NCBI GenBank assembly: GCA_958009085.1
Contig: OY253690.1
Location: 62,001 to 126,000 of the forward strand
Direction of reading: 5' to 3'
Length of the DNA: 64,000 nucleotides
Origin: Protoeuglena noctilucae
Lineage: Eukaryota
The stretch's first letter is position 1, and every line of letters begins with the position of its first letter. The notes beneath the pieces were generated by a model. That model was given only the letters and a program-made list of their open reading frames with translations. It ran no database searches and was not told the origin of the DNA. This document shows, in pieces, positions 1-11,690 of the stretch. A program made the translations under genes and the position numbers.

Positions 1-2206
1 GGTACACGGTGTCGTTGCTCGACCCGCCCTTCACCGCCGTCAGGGCCGTGGCGGAGCCGAACGGGACGAGCACATTGGTCGACGCCACGCTCTTGATGGC
101 GCCCGACTGGGCCGTGACGATGAAGCCCAGTGGCTGGGCCACTAGGTTGAAGCTGAAGCCGTCGCTGGTCGAAAGGTGGTTGGCGGCAGTATTGACAGTG
201 CAAGTGACCGTCACCGTGGCCGCCGTATCGATGTCTGCAACCGTCTTGAGATCCACGGCAACCTGTGTCGTATCCGTCACAGCAGCCACAGTGGGGACCG
301 TGCTGCTCACGAACTTGGTAGCATCCGAAGCCTTGCACGTAAGGTTGTTGCTGCCGCCCGAGGGAGCGTTCAGCGCCACCTTGAGAGTGCTGCCAGGCGT
401 GTCGGCGCTTCCCTCGAGCACAATGACGGTGCCGTTGGATGTTCCGCCAATGGCGGCGGGAACGGCGGTCGCCGACCCGTACGTAGTGAGGACGTTGGTC
501 GAGGCGATCGACTTGTTAGCGGCCGCCTGGGCGTACAGCACGAACTTGAGGGGGTCGGCGAGGACCGTGAAGGTCACGCTGTCGGTGGTGCTGAGGCCGC
601 CGGAGGCCGAGCTGGGGGCGCACGTGACCGTGACGGACTTCTGCGCGCTAATGTCCGCGACCGTGCCGATAGTAAGGTTGACTGCGGTGGCAGTAGAGAT
701 GGTGCTGGCGACCGTCACGCCCGTGATGACCGTCATGTCATTGGGGGTGCAGGTGATGGTCACTGCAGCGGTCGGGGCCGAGTTGGCCTTGATCGTGACT
801 GTGCCGCCTGCTGAGTCCGCCTGCCCCTCGATGCGGACCACCTGGTTGTTGGTGGACGTGAGGTCCGTGTCAGCAGTGAAGGTAGTGTAGGTGCCGTCGG
901 TGTTGATGGACTTGTTCACGCCGTTTTTAGCGGTGACGACCAGCTTCAGCGGCGTGGCAGCCACGTAAGTAGACGCAGTGCTGTAGACGCGCCCAGCCGC
1001 GTTGGCGGCCGTGCAGGTGAGCAGGACGTTGGTGGCGGTGCTGATGGACTGCACGGCCGGCAGGGTGATGGTCGAGGCCGAGGTGCCCGAGCCGCTGGCG
1101 ATCGAGACCGTGTAGTCGGTCCTGGTCGTGCTGTTGGCGAGGATGCCGCTCATGGTGCTGTCGACCAGGCACGTCACCGTCAGGGCCTCTGGGGCGCCCT
1201 GGTCCAGGACCACCATGAAGAGGCCGCCGGCGCCGTAGGCGCTGCCCTCGATGGCCAGCACGCTGTCGTTGGTGGTCAGCTTCTGGTTGGTGAGGAAGCT
1301 GGCGCCGGTGTCGCCGCGAACGGCGCTCGTGCCGGGGATGATGGAGAGGACCAGCGGGATCGCCGTGACGGTGGCCGTCGCCACGTCAGTGGGCGTCGTC
1401 TTGGCGGAAGACAGGTAGGCGCCCGTGACGTCCGCAGCGGCGGCACACGTCAGGGTGGCGTCCACACCGGCCGGGATGGGGTCCACCACGTCGACAGCGA
1501 AGGCGTACGTGCCGGCCGTCAGGGCGCTCGGGAGGGTGGTGCCCGAGGTCGCGCTGACAGCGCACGTTATGGTGACGGCCGTGGTCCCCGCCCCACACAC
1601 GAGCCCGGAGGCACAGGCCGAGCCGGCCGTGAGGGAGGGGAAGGAGATGGTGACCGGGTTCGTGGAGCTCGCCGAGGCCAGCGTGTATTGGTTGCTGGTG
1701 GCCACGGGCGAGGTCGTCTTGGAGGTGACGGTGACCCTGGAGGCGCTGCCGATGCTCCCGGTCGTGCCGGACGTGCAGGCGAGGTCGAACGAGCCGCCAT
1801 CTGCGACAGGCGAGATGACCTGGAGGACGATCTGGGCGCTGAGGAGCGAGACCTTCGAGCCGCTCGTGACGACGACGGCGGGGCCGCTGACAAGGGCCGT
1901 GGAAGCGTCCGTGGTGGTGCTCCCCGTGCTCAGGAGCGTCGACTTGGCGGCGTAGAAGGCGAGGTCGCTTGCCGCGTGCGCGACGCCCGCGAGGCCGAGC
2001 GCAAGCGCACTGGCGAGGCAGAGAGGTCTGCGCAATGCAGAAAGGTGAAAATACCTCGGTGGTATTTTCGGTGAGGGCGTGCGACTACATGGGCGAGTCA
2101 TGAAACGCAGATTGACGCGCGGAGGTCGCCAAGAGCGTTAGCTGGCAACGCGAGAGCGAGGATGAGCTAATAAGATACCGCCATGCGCGGCAGCTCACCG
2201 GAACAT
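1..2206 (-). CDS. Large secreted Thr/Ser/Ala/Val-rich repeat protein (probable beta-sandwich/Ig-like surface protein); 3' end runs off the window
   Basis: Micro-exon ATG TTC CG (2206-2199), GT-AG intron 2198-2028, then a frame that reads open toward position 1 in the segments checked. N-terminus MFRPLCLASALALGLAGVAHA-ASD is signal-peptide-like, and xTC motifs recur. Missed by the ORF track because exon 2 has no start codon. Confidence 0.75.
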
Positions 2207-2783
2207 CGCATGAAGTCGCTGGAGCGCCTCTTGTTCTCAAGGCCGCCACTTAGCGCTTGGGTTCGTTCGGCAGCGTAACGACTATTGACATTCCTTGCCC
2301 TGCGAAGATGCGAAAAAAAGCATTTCGACGGCTGTTATCGACGGCGCAGGGCAAGGAATCGCCGGGGCCGTGCCAGGCTCGCGCGCGGAAAGGGGCTGCG
2401 CGGATCGGATGCCGCTCAGAGAGTACAAGAGAGTAGATCGCCGAGCGCACCTGGGCGGAGCCGAGGCAGCGGTCCCAGGAGCCTAGTGTCCCGGACAAAG
2501 GCGGCGCGCGGGGCCATGAGGGGGCGTGCAAGACTGGGACTTGCACTTGGCGTCGGATGGCTGAAGATAAGAGCACTCGTGACCTCTGTCAGCCGGGCAA
2601 TACGATGGTATTGCCCCGATGGGGCCCTGAGTAGTCAGAAACAGCAAGTTCCTACTTGCTGGACAAGACAGGGGGAGAAGAGGGGGGATTGTTAGTTTAC
2701 AAGGGTGGTAACAAACTCCTACGGCGCTGCTCCTTTGGTTTGGCGCTACCCACGCCAGTTCCGCCCTTCTCAGGTCCCCCGCT

Positions 2784-5700
2784 TGGCGTCTACACTGGTG
2801 GGAGATTCACCGTGTACCGCGCGGTACACTTTTTTTCCCCTTGAGAAGGGAACGCCGGCGGAACGCCGGCGGTGCCGTGGTCTGCTACGCAGGCGGAACA
2901 ACACGGGGGAACTCCAGGGGAACACGATCGGAACAACGCAGGTACGCGCTGATCAGAACAACGCAGGTACGCTGCTGGAACGCTGCCGGAGCGCTTTGGG
3001 TGCGGGTCACGGGTACGCTGTAGGTACGCTGTGGGTACGTTCTTCAATGATTTCGGTACGCGACCGGGGTTAGAACTGGCTCGCGTGGGCAAAGCAAGCG
3101 GGGTCCGGGTGCACGCTAGCGGCTGCAGCGCCTGCTGCGGCCAGTGAAATGCTCTAATGAAACCTCTGAGGTGCGCTCGCTCGCTCGGTGCTACACGAGT
3201 CCGCAGCAGCAGCACAAGCGATGGCAATGGCAGGCGCGGGCTGGCTGCCCCGCCTCGAATGGCTCACGTGTTGAATGGAGGAGGAAACAGCATGGGCGCG
3301 CCCGGCGGCGCTTGCCTGATGGCACGGGCAGGACAGGGACATGCCTCACCGAGCGGCCCTAACGGCCGCATCGCCTGGCATGCGTCGACGACCCGCCGCC
3401 TCGGGTGCCGAAACATGTGACTGCGGGGGACGAGGACGCAGAGGGCTTGGCGTCTGGAAAGGATGCGCATGTGCCGCGCGCGCCGTGTGCTGCGCCCGAC
3501 CCTCCGCTCGGCGACGCGCCTTGAAGGGGGCGTGGACGCTGCCTGCGGCACCCGACTCGCGCCCCTCCCAAGCCCTCTTCGCCGACACCCGCGTGCTCAG
3601 TCCTCCACCTCGCGGGGAGCCCTCGTCCAACCGCCCACGCGTAAGCTCGGATCACTCTACTGCACGTCCGCCACCCGCTGACAGCCTGGGCTCCCCGTTG
3701 CTGTGCGCAAGACATGGGGTCATGCATCAAACTGTGTAGGGACGTTGTACGTGCTGTGCAGTAGCCCTGCTGGCGACAACACACTCAACATCCCCACCGG
3801 CCCATATCTAATACCAAGTCCAGCTCAGCCCACAAACGCCCACCCATCAGCACACCTCGCACACGTCAGGCAGCATCAGCGCCAGGCGAACGCCTACTGC
3901 AGCCAGCACCAAGCACGCAGCCCTAACTCCTGCGAGGCACAAGGTGTCGTGCAAAGCAGCGCAGTGATGGCGGGAAACCGAGCGCTCTCCCCTGCAGCTA
4001 CAACACCACCGACGCACCGCTCATGACCCCCGCTCACCTCGCAGCCACTACCAAGCGCGCGCCTGTCCCATTGCTCTGCGGGCATCAAGGTAGAGCACCT
4101 TGGCTGAGGGCCATGCCGGCAGCGGGTCTGTCGGTACATCTCAGTGGCGTCAGGTTCCCAAGCCTCCGATAATGCATGGCAAGGCATGGCCAGGCAGACG
4201 GATGCGTGCTGAAGGCAGCTACTCTGAAAGAGCACGGCGGACCACGCTTGCCAACCGCCGCAGCTTGGCCGCTGCCACACACCACTGGGGCAGCCTCCTT
4301 ACGTCGCATACGATGGCGCAGGTGAGCGATACGCTAGCGCAGGTGCGTGGGCCGCGCTCACCGAGTAAGCATGGTGTGGAAGGGTGCGGAATGAAGACAG
4401 CCGAGATGACACGCAGCCAAGGCTCGGCCTCCGGCAACTGCCGGCCTGCACACGCACCGAGCACGAGGAGCGGTCACACCACCACGGCCGCTTGCCTCGT
4501 GAAAAGACCAGGAGCATGTGAAAGGCAGCCGCTATCCATGTACCGGGAAGCAAAGGGCGCGCCGTCGAGCAACATGTCAGGGTCTCCCTTCCGCCACCTG
4601 CCATGGCGCAGCTGCACAGGCGCATGACAGCAGGTGTGCCCCACACGTCAAGCGCAAAGGGCAGCGTCTGGTCTCGACATTCGCTGTAGAAAGAGGGACG
4701 AAGGCGTCCTATGCGACCAATTGCAGGCCCCAGACTCACCTCTCGCACGCTTCACAGAAGCGGGGAGCGCCGTCTCTGAGGCCCGCACACAGCAGGTCGG
4801 CAACACATGTGCCGCCACCTCTGCTCAGCCCTGAATGCAACGAGCAACGAGACGGTCTCTGACAAAGGAGCTCACAGCATGACAGGTGTCCTGCGCCAAG
4901 CGCAGAGCGCGTGACCGACACTGGACCGGCACAGTGCTGGGCTGATCCTGAGCCGGCCGGCTGACGGAGGGCCATGACGCAAGGCCCATTGCGTGCCACC
5001 AGAGCACACACAGCATGCGCCACGACGGCACAAAAGTGCCACCACAGCAACTGCGTCCTGGCATCGGCCATAGGCCAACACAGGCGCCCTCACGTCAGGC
5101 TCTCGACCGGCGACACAGCATTGAGTGGACATAAGACCTCGTCTCCTGCGGGTATGGCGCGGGGCCTGAGCGCATCGTGGCCGCAATCGGCAGGGTATGC
5201 TGCGAGCCAGGCCAGCTCAACCAGCAGCTGCGAGATAGCGGCGGAATCTACAGGGTTCCAGCGCACAGCATCGAGACAAGGCAGTTGAGGTTCGCGTTGG
5301 GGGACAAGAGCGGCCATCGCGGCCCCGGCAGGCCGATGTCCAGAGCCTAACGTCCCTCGCGGCGATGTGGCGCACCGTCAGCTCCGGGACCTCGCGGATG
5401 GCGCAGCTTGCAAAGGATGGAACTCATCCGTAGCTTGGGGCGGCGACATACCTTGCGGACGCCGAGAACGGCTTCCGTGAGCGTCCAGAAGGGCACCCTG
5501 CCCAAGCAGCCCGACGCGACCACCCCGAGGTGGGTTGGCGCCCGCTACGCGACGCGTAAAGAAGCATATTGCACTGGGAGCCGTCGGATCCCCTCGTCTC
5601 GCAGGCCCGGGGCCGGGAGACTCGAGCTGCGTTTGAACAGCGCCTGCCCAAGAGGGCGGGAAACGCGTTGTAAACTACATGGTGCTCGAGCCACACCTGC

Positions 5701-7029
5701 AGAAGCAGATTGCTCGACGTCTGGAGGGTGCGGGCGGGACTTTGCGCGCCGCAAACGGCGCGCGCTGGCGCCCCGACACGGGCGTCAGGGAACGCCAGCC
5801 TGTTCCCAGGTTTCGGAATGCACTAGTGGCTCAGCCCTTCGCCCAACAAGTCGCTTGCACGTCACGTTGCACTCCGCGTCCTTCAGGATCTCCATCGCCG
5901 CACCGTCGGTGCCTGGAATTGCAGGCGCGTCCCCGCGCCTCTCGGGGACACGATGGGGAAAGCTACGGTGTCTGTGCAACTCTTGAGTCCTTCAGTAACA
6001 CCCCGGGATCACTGGCTTGCGCCGGCGCGCCTCGAGCGCCGCGTTGCGTCTCGCATGAGCTTGCCCCCAGACGAGCGGTTCCGCAGCGCTCAATAGCCCC
6101 CCATGCCTGTATTTCTTCATCTCGATGCGTCCTTCAAGCTACTTTCGATCGTCAGTTGCTGGATTCGCCCGTCGGGGCGCCCCTCGGGCCCGCCTGCGAT
6201 CCACGTCTCGGTGCAGCCGCCCCCCTCCGAGCGCGCGGCTGGGTCGGCCCGAGTCATGGGTGTTTGTATGCAAAGCAGTACTCTTTCAGCTGCCATCGCG
6301 CTCACAGGATGGGCGCGCAACCCGCGCAAGACGCGCCTGTCGGATGCCACCCGCCATGCACCGCCACCGCCGTCGATGCGGCCTCGACCGGGCCCATGGG
6401 CTCGGGGTTCACGCCGCGTTCCGTCGATGACCGACATGACTCGCAGTGCGATGTACCGAATCGGTCCCCTCGCGCCCCTCGCCAGCGCGGTGCCTCCGAG
6501 AGCACTGGAAACCCGTGGCGTCGCCTGAAAGGCGCTGCCGCGAGGACGCCGGGACCACCGGTGCTACCTCTTCATATTCAGGAACCTCCCTCAGTCCCTG
6601 CGGATGGCGGCGTCGCGGTCGGGAGCGCGCACGTCCCCGCAACCACTCTCCCCATCTCCCGAGCCGCCCTGCGACCGCCCCGCTCCACGCGCCGACAGCT
6701 ACATTCATCAAGCCCCAAGCGGGCCCCGCCGGGGTCGTGCAAGGGCTCGCTGCTGTCGAACGGGGGCTCGCTGTTGCCGGACAAGGGCCGGAATGACGGT
6801 ATTTCCCGTGGTTTCGGCGTGCAGAAGTCGCGCAGAAGTCGTGCAGAAGTCGCGCGGGGGTCGCGCGGAGATCGCGCGGGGATCGCGCCGGGATATTTCG
6901 ACGGTTTTCGCGTGGTTTCGGGGGTTGTTTCTTACAGGGTTTTTGACGGGAAAATCTGTCGCGCGCGGTTGGACGTAGTTTTTCGGGAAATTTTTTGTAA
7001 AAAAAACAGAAAAGCCCGTGTAAACGCCA
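2784..7029. mobile_element. Possible non-autonomous DNA transposon relic with imperfect terminal inverted repeats
   Basis: TGGCGTCTACACTGG (2784-2798) matches the reverse complement of 7015-7029 (TGGCGTTTACACGGG) at 13/15 positions. Arrays of degenerate short repeats lie just inside both ends (about 2850-3065 and 6800-7000). No transposase or target-site duplication recognised. Confidence 0.3.
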
Positions 7030-7231
7030 GGTCGGGACGGTGCGGTGCGGGTCGGACGGGCCCCGAGCGTGCGCACTCCTCCTACTGCTCTATAGCGGCG
7101 TCGGCAGAGCCTGTCGGGCCCGCGACACCCGACCAACGCGCCGCCGAAAGCTGCAGCGTCTTGCATGAGCCGCGCGAGGGGGGTGTGCATCGATTTTCTA
7201 CCGTCCCGCGACCCCCCGCAGCACTGCAGTG

Positions 7232-10200
7232 ATGGCAAGCCAAACGGGCGGGCTGGTGAGCCCGGTCCTGAGGAACATGGTGATTGACGAGAGCGATTTG
7301 GAGTTTAAAGAGTCTCTGGGGACGGGCGGGCAGGGCGAGGTGTTCCGGGGGCGTTGGGTGTCGCGCGGGCGCGAGGTGGCGATCAAGCGGCTGGACGCGG
7401 ACATGAGCGGGGTGGCGAGGGGCTCGATCGCAGCGGTGCTGGATCGGGGGGTCAAGGAGCTGCAGCGGATGGCGGCAGCAGCGACGGGCAGCAACCGCGT
7501 GTGCCCGTGAGCAGCGGAACAGCTGCGAGCACTGGCAGGGCTTGCAAGCATGGCCATCTACCCTGCGCCTCGATGCCAGCGGGCGAAGGCCACTGCGGAC
7601 ACGTGACGACCCCGTGCTCAAACGCTGCTCCTCCTCCCTCGCATCCAGGCTGTTGGGCTTTATGATCAAGGACGCGCGGCTGCACATCGTGATGCCGTTA
7701 TACGAGCGGGGGTCGCTGGCGCAGCGCATCGCTGAGCAGGGGCCATTCCCGCCAAGCAAAGTGGTGGACGTGGCGATCCAGCTGCTGGAGGGTCTGCGGG
7801 ATCTGCATGACCTGGGCATCGTTCACCGGGACATTAAGCCAGCCAACGTGCTGGTCGATGACCGCGGCAACCTGCTGCTGGCCGACTTCGGCCTGGCGAC
7901 GGTGGCGGAGGGCACCATGGGGGTGTCGGTGAGGATGGGGCCGGCGTGCGTCACCATAGCATAGTAGTAGGGGACGCGAGGTGCTGCAGTGGCTGGTGAT
8001 GCCTGGTGCGGCTACCACTTGTGACATCCTGAGCTTGTTACCGGCTCCGCCATGACCCCGCAGCTCAGGTCTCGCGCTACGGAGAGGCAGGCTGCAATGG
8101 GCACGGCGCAGTACATGGCCCCCGAGCAGTGGAACACGGAGCTGGGCCCGCACACCGCGGCATCGGACGCGTACGCGCTGGCAGCAACGTTGTGCCACGT
8201 CGCGTCGGGTAAGCAGCCTTATGGCAACAAGCAGATGATGCAGATCATGTTTGACGTGGCGCATGAGCGCTTCCCCGTGGTGCCCGCGTCGGTGCCGGAG
8301 CCGCTGCAGTCGGCGCTGAAGGGGGCGCTGAGGAAGGAACAGAGAGCCCGGACGACCGTTGCGGAGATGCTGAGAGCGGCCAAGGAATCCACGTGAGAGG
8401 CCGACATTCGCCGCTCGCGACTGCTTCACAGACGCCGCTGCTGTGCTGGCAGTCCATCGCATCCTTTGCGGTGCCCATCTGCCAGAGCGACGAACGAATT
8501 AGACGCCGTTTACTCGCCTCGCCCAGGAGCGTGGACTGCCACGTTTGCACGGAGAGAGTCCCGGTCCAGCTGACGGTGGCGTGCAACCAGGGTACGCACC
8601 CGGTGTGCGCCGACTGCCTGGGGCTCATGGTCAGCACGCTGGCCCAGAGCTGCATGTTGCTGGATGCGAGTGGGGACGTGAAGTGCCGGGGCTGCACGGG
8701 CCAGGCGTGCGAGGGGGTGCTGAAGGCTGGAGAGGTGGCGACGGCGCTGCAGGAGAACCGAGCGCAGCAGCAGCACTTCTTAAATGCGAGCCGGCGGCAC
8801 GCAGCGGAGGCGGAGCGAGCGTTGAGGGCGAGAGAGGTCGAGGAGCTGCGGGGGCGCATCCTGGAGCTGGATGCGCGGGGCGGGGCAGAGGCGGTGGATG
8901 CGCACCGCAAGCTGGTGGAGGAGGAGCTGAACGTGATGCGGTGCCCCAGGTGCCGGCGGGCGGCGGAGATGGTGGACTTCACGGCGTGCATGGCGCTGCT
9001 GTGGCCGAAGAGGGAGGGCGGGTGCGGGGCGGCCATCTGCGCGTGGTGCCTGGCGGACTGCGGGGAGGACGCGCACCGCCACGTGGCCAACTGCGCCTGC
9101 AACCCGCGCAAGCCGAGCGTAGGGGGCACGGAGGCCGACTTCCGCAAGCACGAGGCGGCGGAGCAGCGGAGGCGGGCGCTGGCGTACCTGGCACACAAGG
9201 TCCCGGCTGGGCTGCGGAGGGCGGTGTGGGACGCAGTGAAGGGGCTGCCGGCGATCCGAGAGGTGGGGCTGCAGTGGGCGGACGTGGATGGGGAGTCGGC
9301 GAGCACTGGGAATGGGGAGGCCGGCGGCGCTGGGAATGGGGAGGCAGCGAGTTCTGGTGCCTTGGAGCCGCGCCCTGGCAGTGTGGAGGTTTCGACAGAG
9401 GCGCAGCTAGTGGCGGCGATGGGGAGGGGCGGGGCGGTGGAGCTGGGCGGGAGGACTGTGTGGCTGACGGCGGAGGCGGCGGTGACGAGGGCAGACGGCG
9501 CAGTGACGATCCGCGAGGGGACGCTGCGTGTGGCGAGTGCGGGTCTGGCGGAGGGGTACGCGCTTGGAGTTCGGAACGGGGGAGAGCTGCGGCTGGAGGG
9601 GGTGCGGGTGGTGGGGACCGGAGTGCAGTGCGAGGGCGGCGGGAAGGTCGTGCTCACAAACGTGCACGTGATAGACGCGCCGCTCTCGGGGGTGCGGGTG
9701 GAGGGCATCGGAAGCAAGGTGGAGTTGGAAGGGGGCCGCATTGAGGGGCCCCAGGGCGGCTGCGGCGTGATGTGCGTGGAGGGAGGCAGGGCCAAGTCGT
9801 CGGGGGTGGAGATCGTCGACTGCAGGGACAGTGGGGTCTGCGTCAGTGGCAAGGGCAGCGCGGCCATCGTGCGCGGCGGGCGGATCAAGGGTGCCAAAGA
9901 GCAGCACGGGGTGGCCTGCTACAGCAGCGGGTGCGCAAAGGTGCGGGACGTCGACATCGCCGGCTGCAAAGGGTACGGCACCTACTGCGATGGCGGCAAC
10001 CTGTCCCACCGGAGATGCAACGTGTCTGGGTGTGAGGCCGGGTCCCACGACTCAAGGAACACAGCGAAGCCAGAGCCAGTGGCCCGGGCAGGCACAGGCA
10101 CGGAGACGGGTGCGGGCGCAGCCCCTTCTGCAAGGCCAGAGCTCGCCCCGGCTACACAGCCCAAGCCAGCCCCCGCTGCGCAGCCCAAGCCGACGTCCGC

Positions 10201-10822
10201 GGCACAGCCTAAGCCAAGGTCCGCTGCACCGCCCCAGCCTGTGCCTGTCACACCGCCAAAGCCGGCGCCTGTCGCAGCTCCGGCAGACCTGGCATCCAGG
10301 CTGGGCATGGGCTCAAATGCCAACCCCGCGCCTGAGTTGAATCCGCTGGCGCGCTTAACTGAATTGGCACAGGAGCTGTCGAGGGGCGCCGGCTCCACTC
10401 CAGACCGGCAGCGAGGGCGGGGCGCGGTTGTGGGCGATCACGTGACAGAGACGGAAGAGTCGATAGCCGTGGCGGGGATGGGGGTAATAGCAAGAGCAAC
10501 AGCATTTGCAGGAGTGGGAGGGATGACTGGGATGGGGGGGGGAATGCAGGGCGCCTTCGCTTTCAGCTCGACTGTGGTCGGGCAGCATGGGGCGGGGTCA
10601 GCCGTGAGCATGGAGGTCAGGCATGTGTCAGGCGTGGCAGGTCAGACGGCGGCGGGTGCGCGCATGATTCACATGAGCAGCTCCAGCTCTAGCGGTGGTA
10701 GCCAAGGGATGTCGGTCAGGGTGACCACAACGGTGACCAACCGGGTCAACGGGTCTTCGCGGGTGCAAGTGTCGAGCGGCACGGGCACGCCGGGAGGGGG
10801 CGTGCGCATCGAGGAGATGTGA
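7232..10822 (+). CDS. Ser/Thr protein kinase fused to a RING finger, an RBR RING2(Rcat)-like domain, a right-handed beta-helix and a low-complexity tail
   Basis: Exons 7232-7506, 7649-7928, 8064-8392 and 8527-10822 join in frame with GT-AG introns. Kinase motifs GTGGQG, VAIK, HRDIKPAN, DFG, YMAPE. Zinc motifs CHVC..C..HPVCADC..C..C and CPRC..DFTACMAL..CGAAICAWCL..DAHRHVANC. G-V-x-C/V beta-helix coils follow. Confidence 0.85.
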
Positions 10823-11690
10823 GTGAGGGCAGGTCGGCGGGAGGATGGGCAATCAAGACGCTAGTGGGCGGGCCAGTGCAGTAGGTCGGGCTCCTGGGTG
10901 GTGCTGGTGTGCGGTGGGCAGGCTGTGTGTGTGGGGGTGGCCCGGTCTGCAAGGTCCGGAGGGTCTAGTGCAGTGAGCATAGATTGATGCTTTCAGCGAC
11001 ATGCCATGAGCAACGCATGCCGCCTTTTAAGAAATCGGCGCAGCTAGCTATAGGTGCGGGTCAGGACATGCACTGTGACGGGACAGACGCCGGGAGTGCG
11101 CAACATCACACGTCTAGCCCCGCTGCGACGCTGCCAGGCGCGGGGTGTCCCTCTGTTCCCTCTGCAGCGCGGTTGACGGGGAGAGCATGCGTGCTGGAGA
11201 AGCTGGCTCCGCCTGACGTGTGAAACGCTCCATCACGATCGCGAAGTCGCATGTAAAGTGCACGTGCGACGTGGCCGACTTGCGGGCCGGCCCGCGCGAC
11301 CATCGGTGCAAGCGCCAGCGCAGGCAGGCACAGCACGCAAGCAGGGTCGCCCCCACGCCGGCGATCGCGGCTTTCGAAGGAGGAGCCCGGGACCAGAGCG
11401 GGCCACTTCGCGCCGACAGCCGAGCAAGTGCGAGCGCGAGCTTTGCACCGCGAGCGTGCGATCGGAGAGCGAGGGGCTGACTAGAACTCGCGAGGCGGTC
11501 ACATCAGGTCCAGTGGGCTTCTGCGCCGCGTGCGAGGCCGGTCTCTGCAGCAGGTGAGCAGAGAGATGGTTGAGGGAAAGGGCACTGCGGGCGTTGGGGC
11601 TTCAGGCGCGGCGCCTGCGGCTGCTAAAGGGAACGCGCCCTTGGGCAGGGTGGACGGCGCGCGGGGATCGTGTCCGCAGGTCGGCGCGCG

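Noticed and set aside
9..1955. Plus-strand ORFs of 293, 212 and 176 aa
   Set aside because: Antisense shadows of the minus-strand secreted protein.
2671..2713. Polypurine tract followed by TGTTA..TAACA, resembling an LTR start
   Set aside because: Only about 24 bp; no second LTR, primer-binding site or gag/pol remnants seen.
5679..7232. 517-aa plus-strand ORF abutting the kinase
   Set aside because: Arg/Pro/Ala-rich, no motifs, runs through repeat ladders; expected by chance at this GC content.
8245..9897. 550-aa minus ORF, and the plus ORFs at 44403-46281
   Set aside because: Antisense shadows of the kinase/beta-helix exons.
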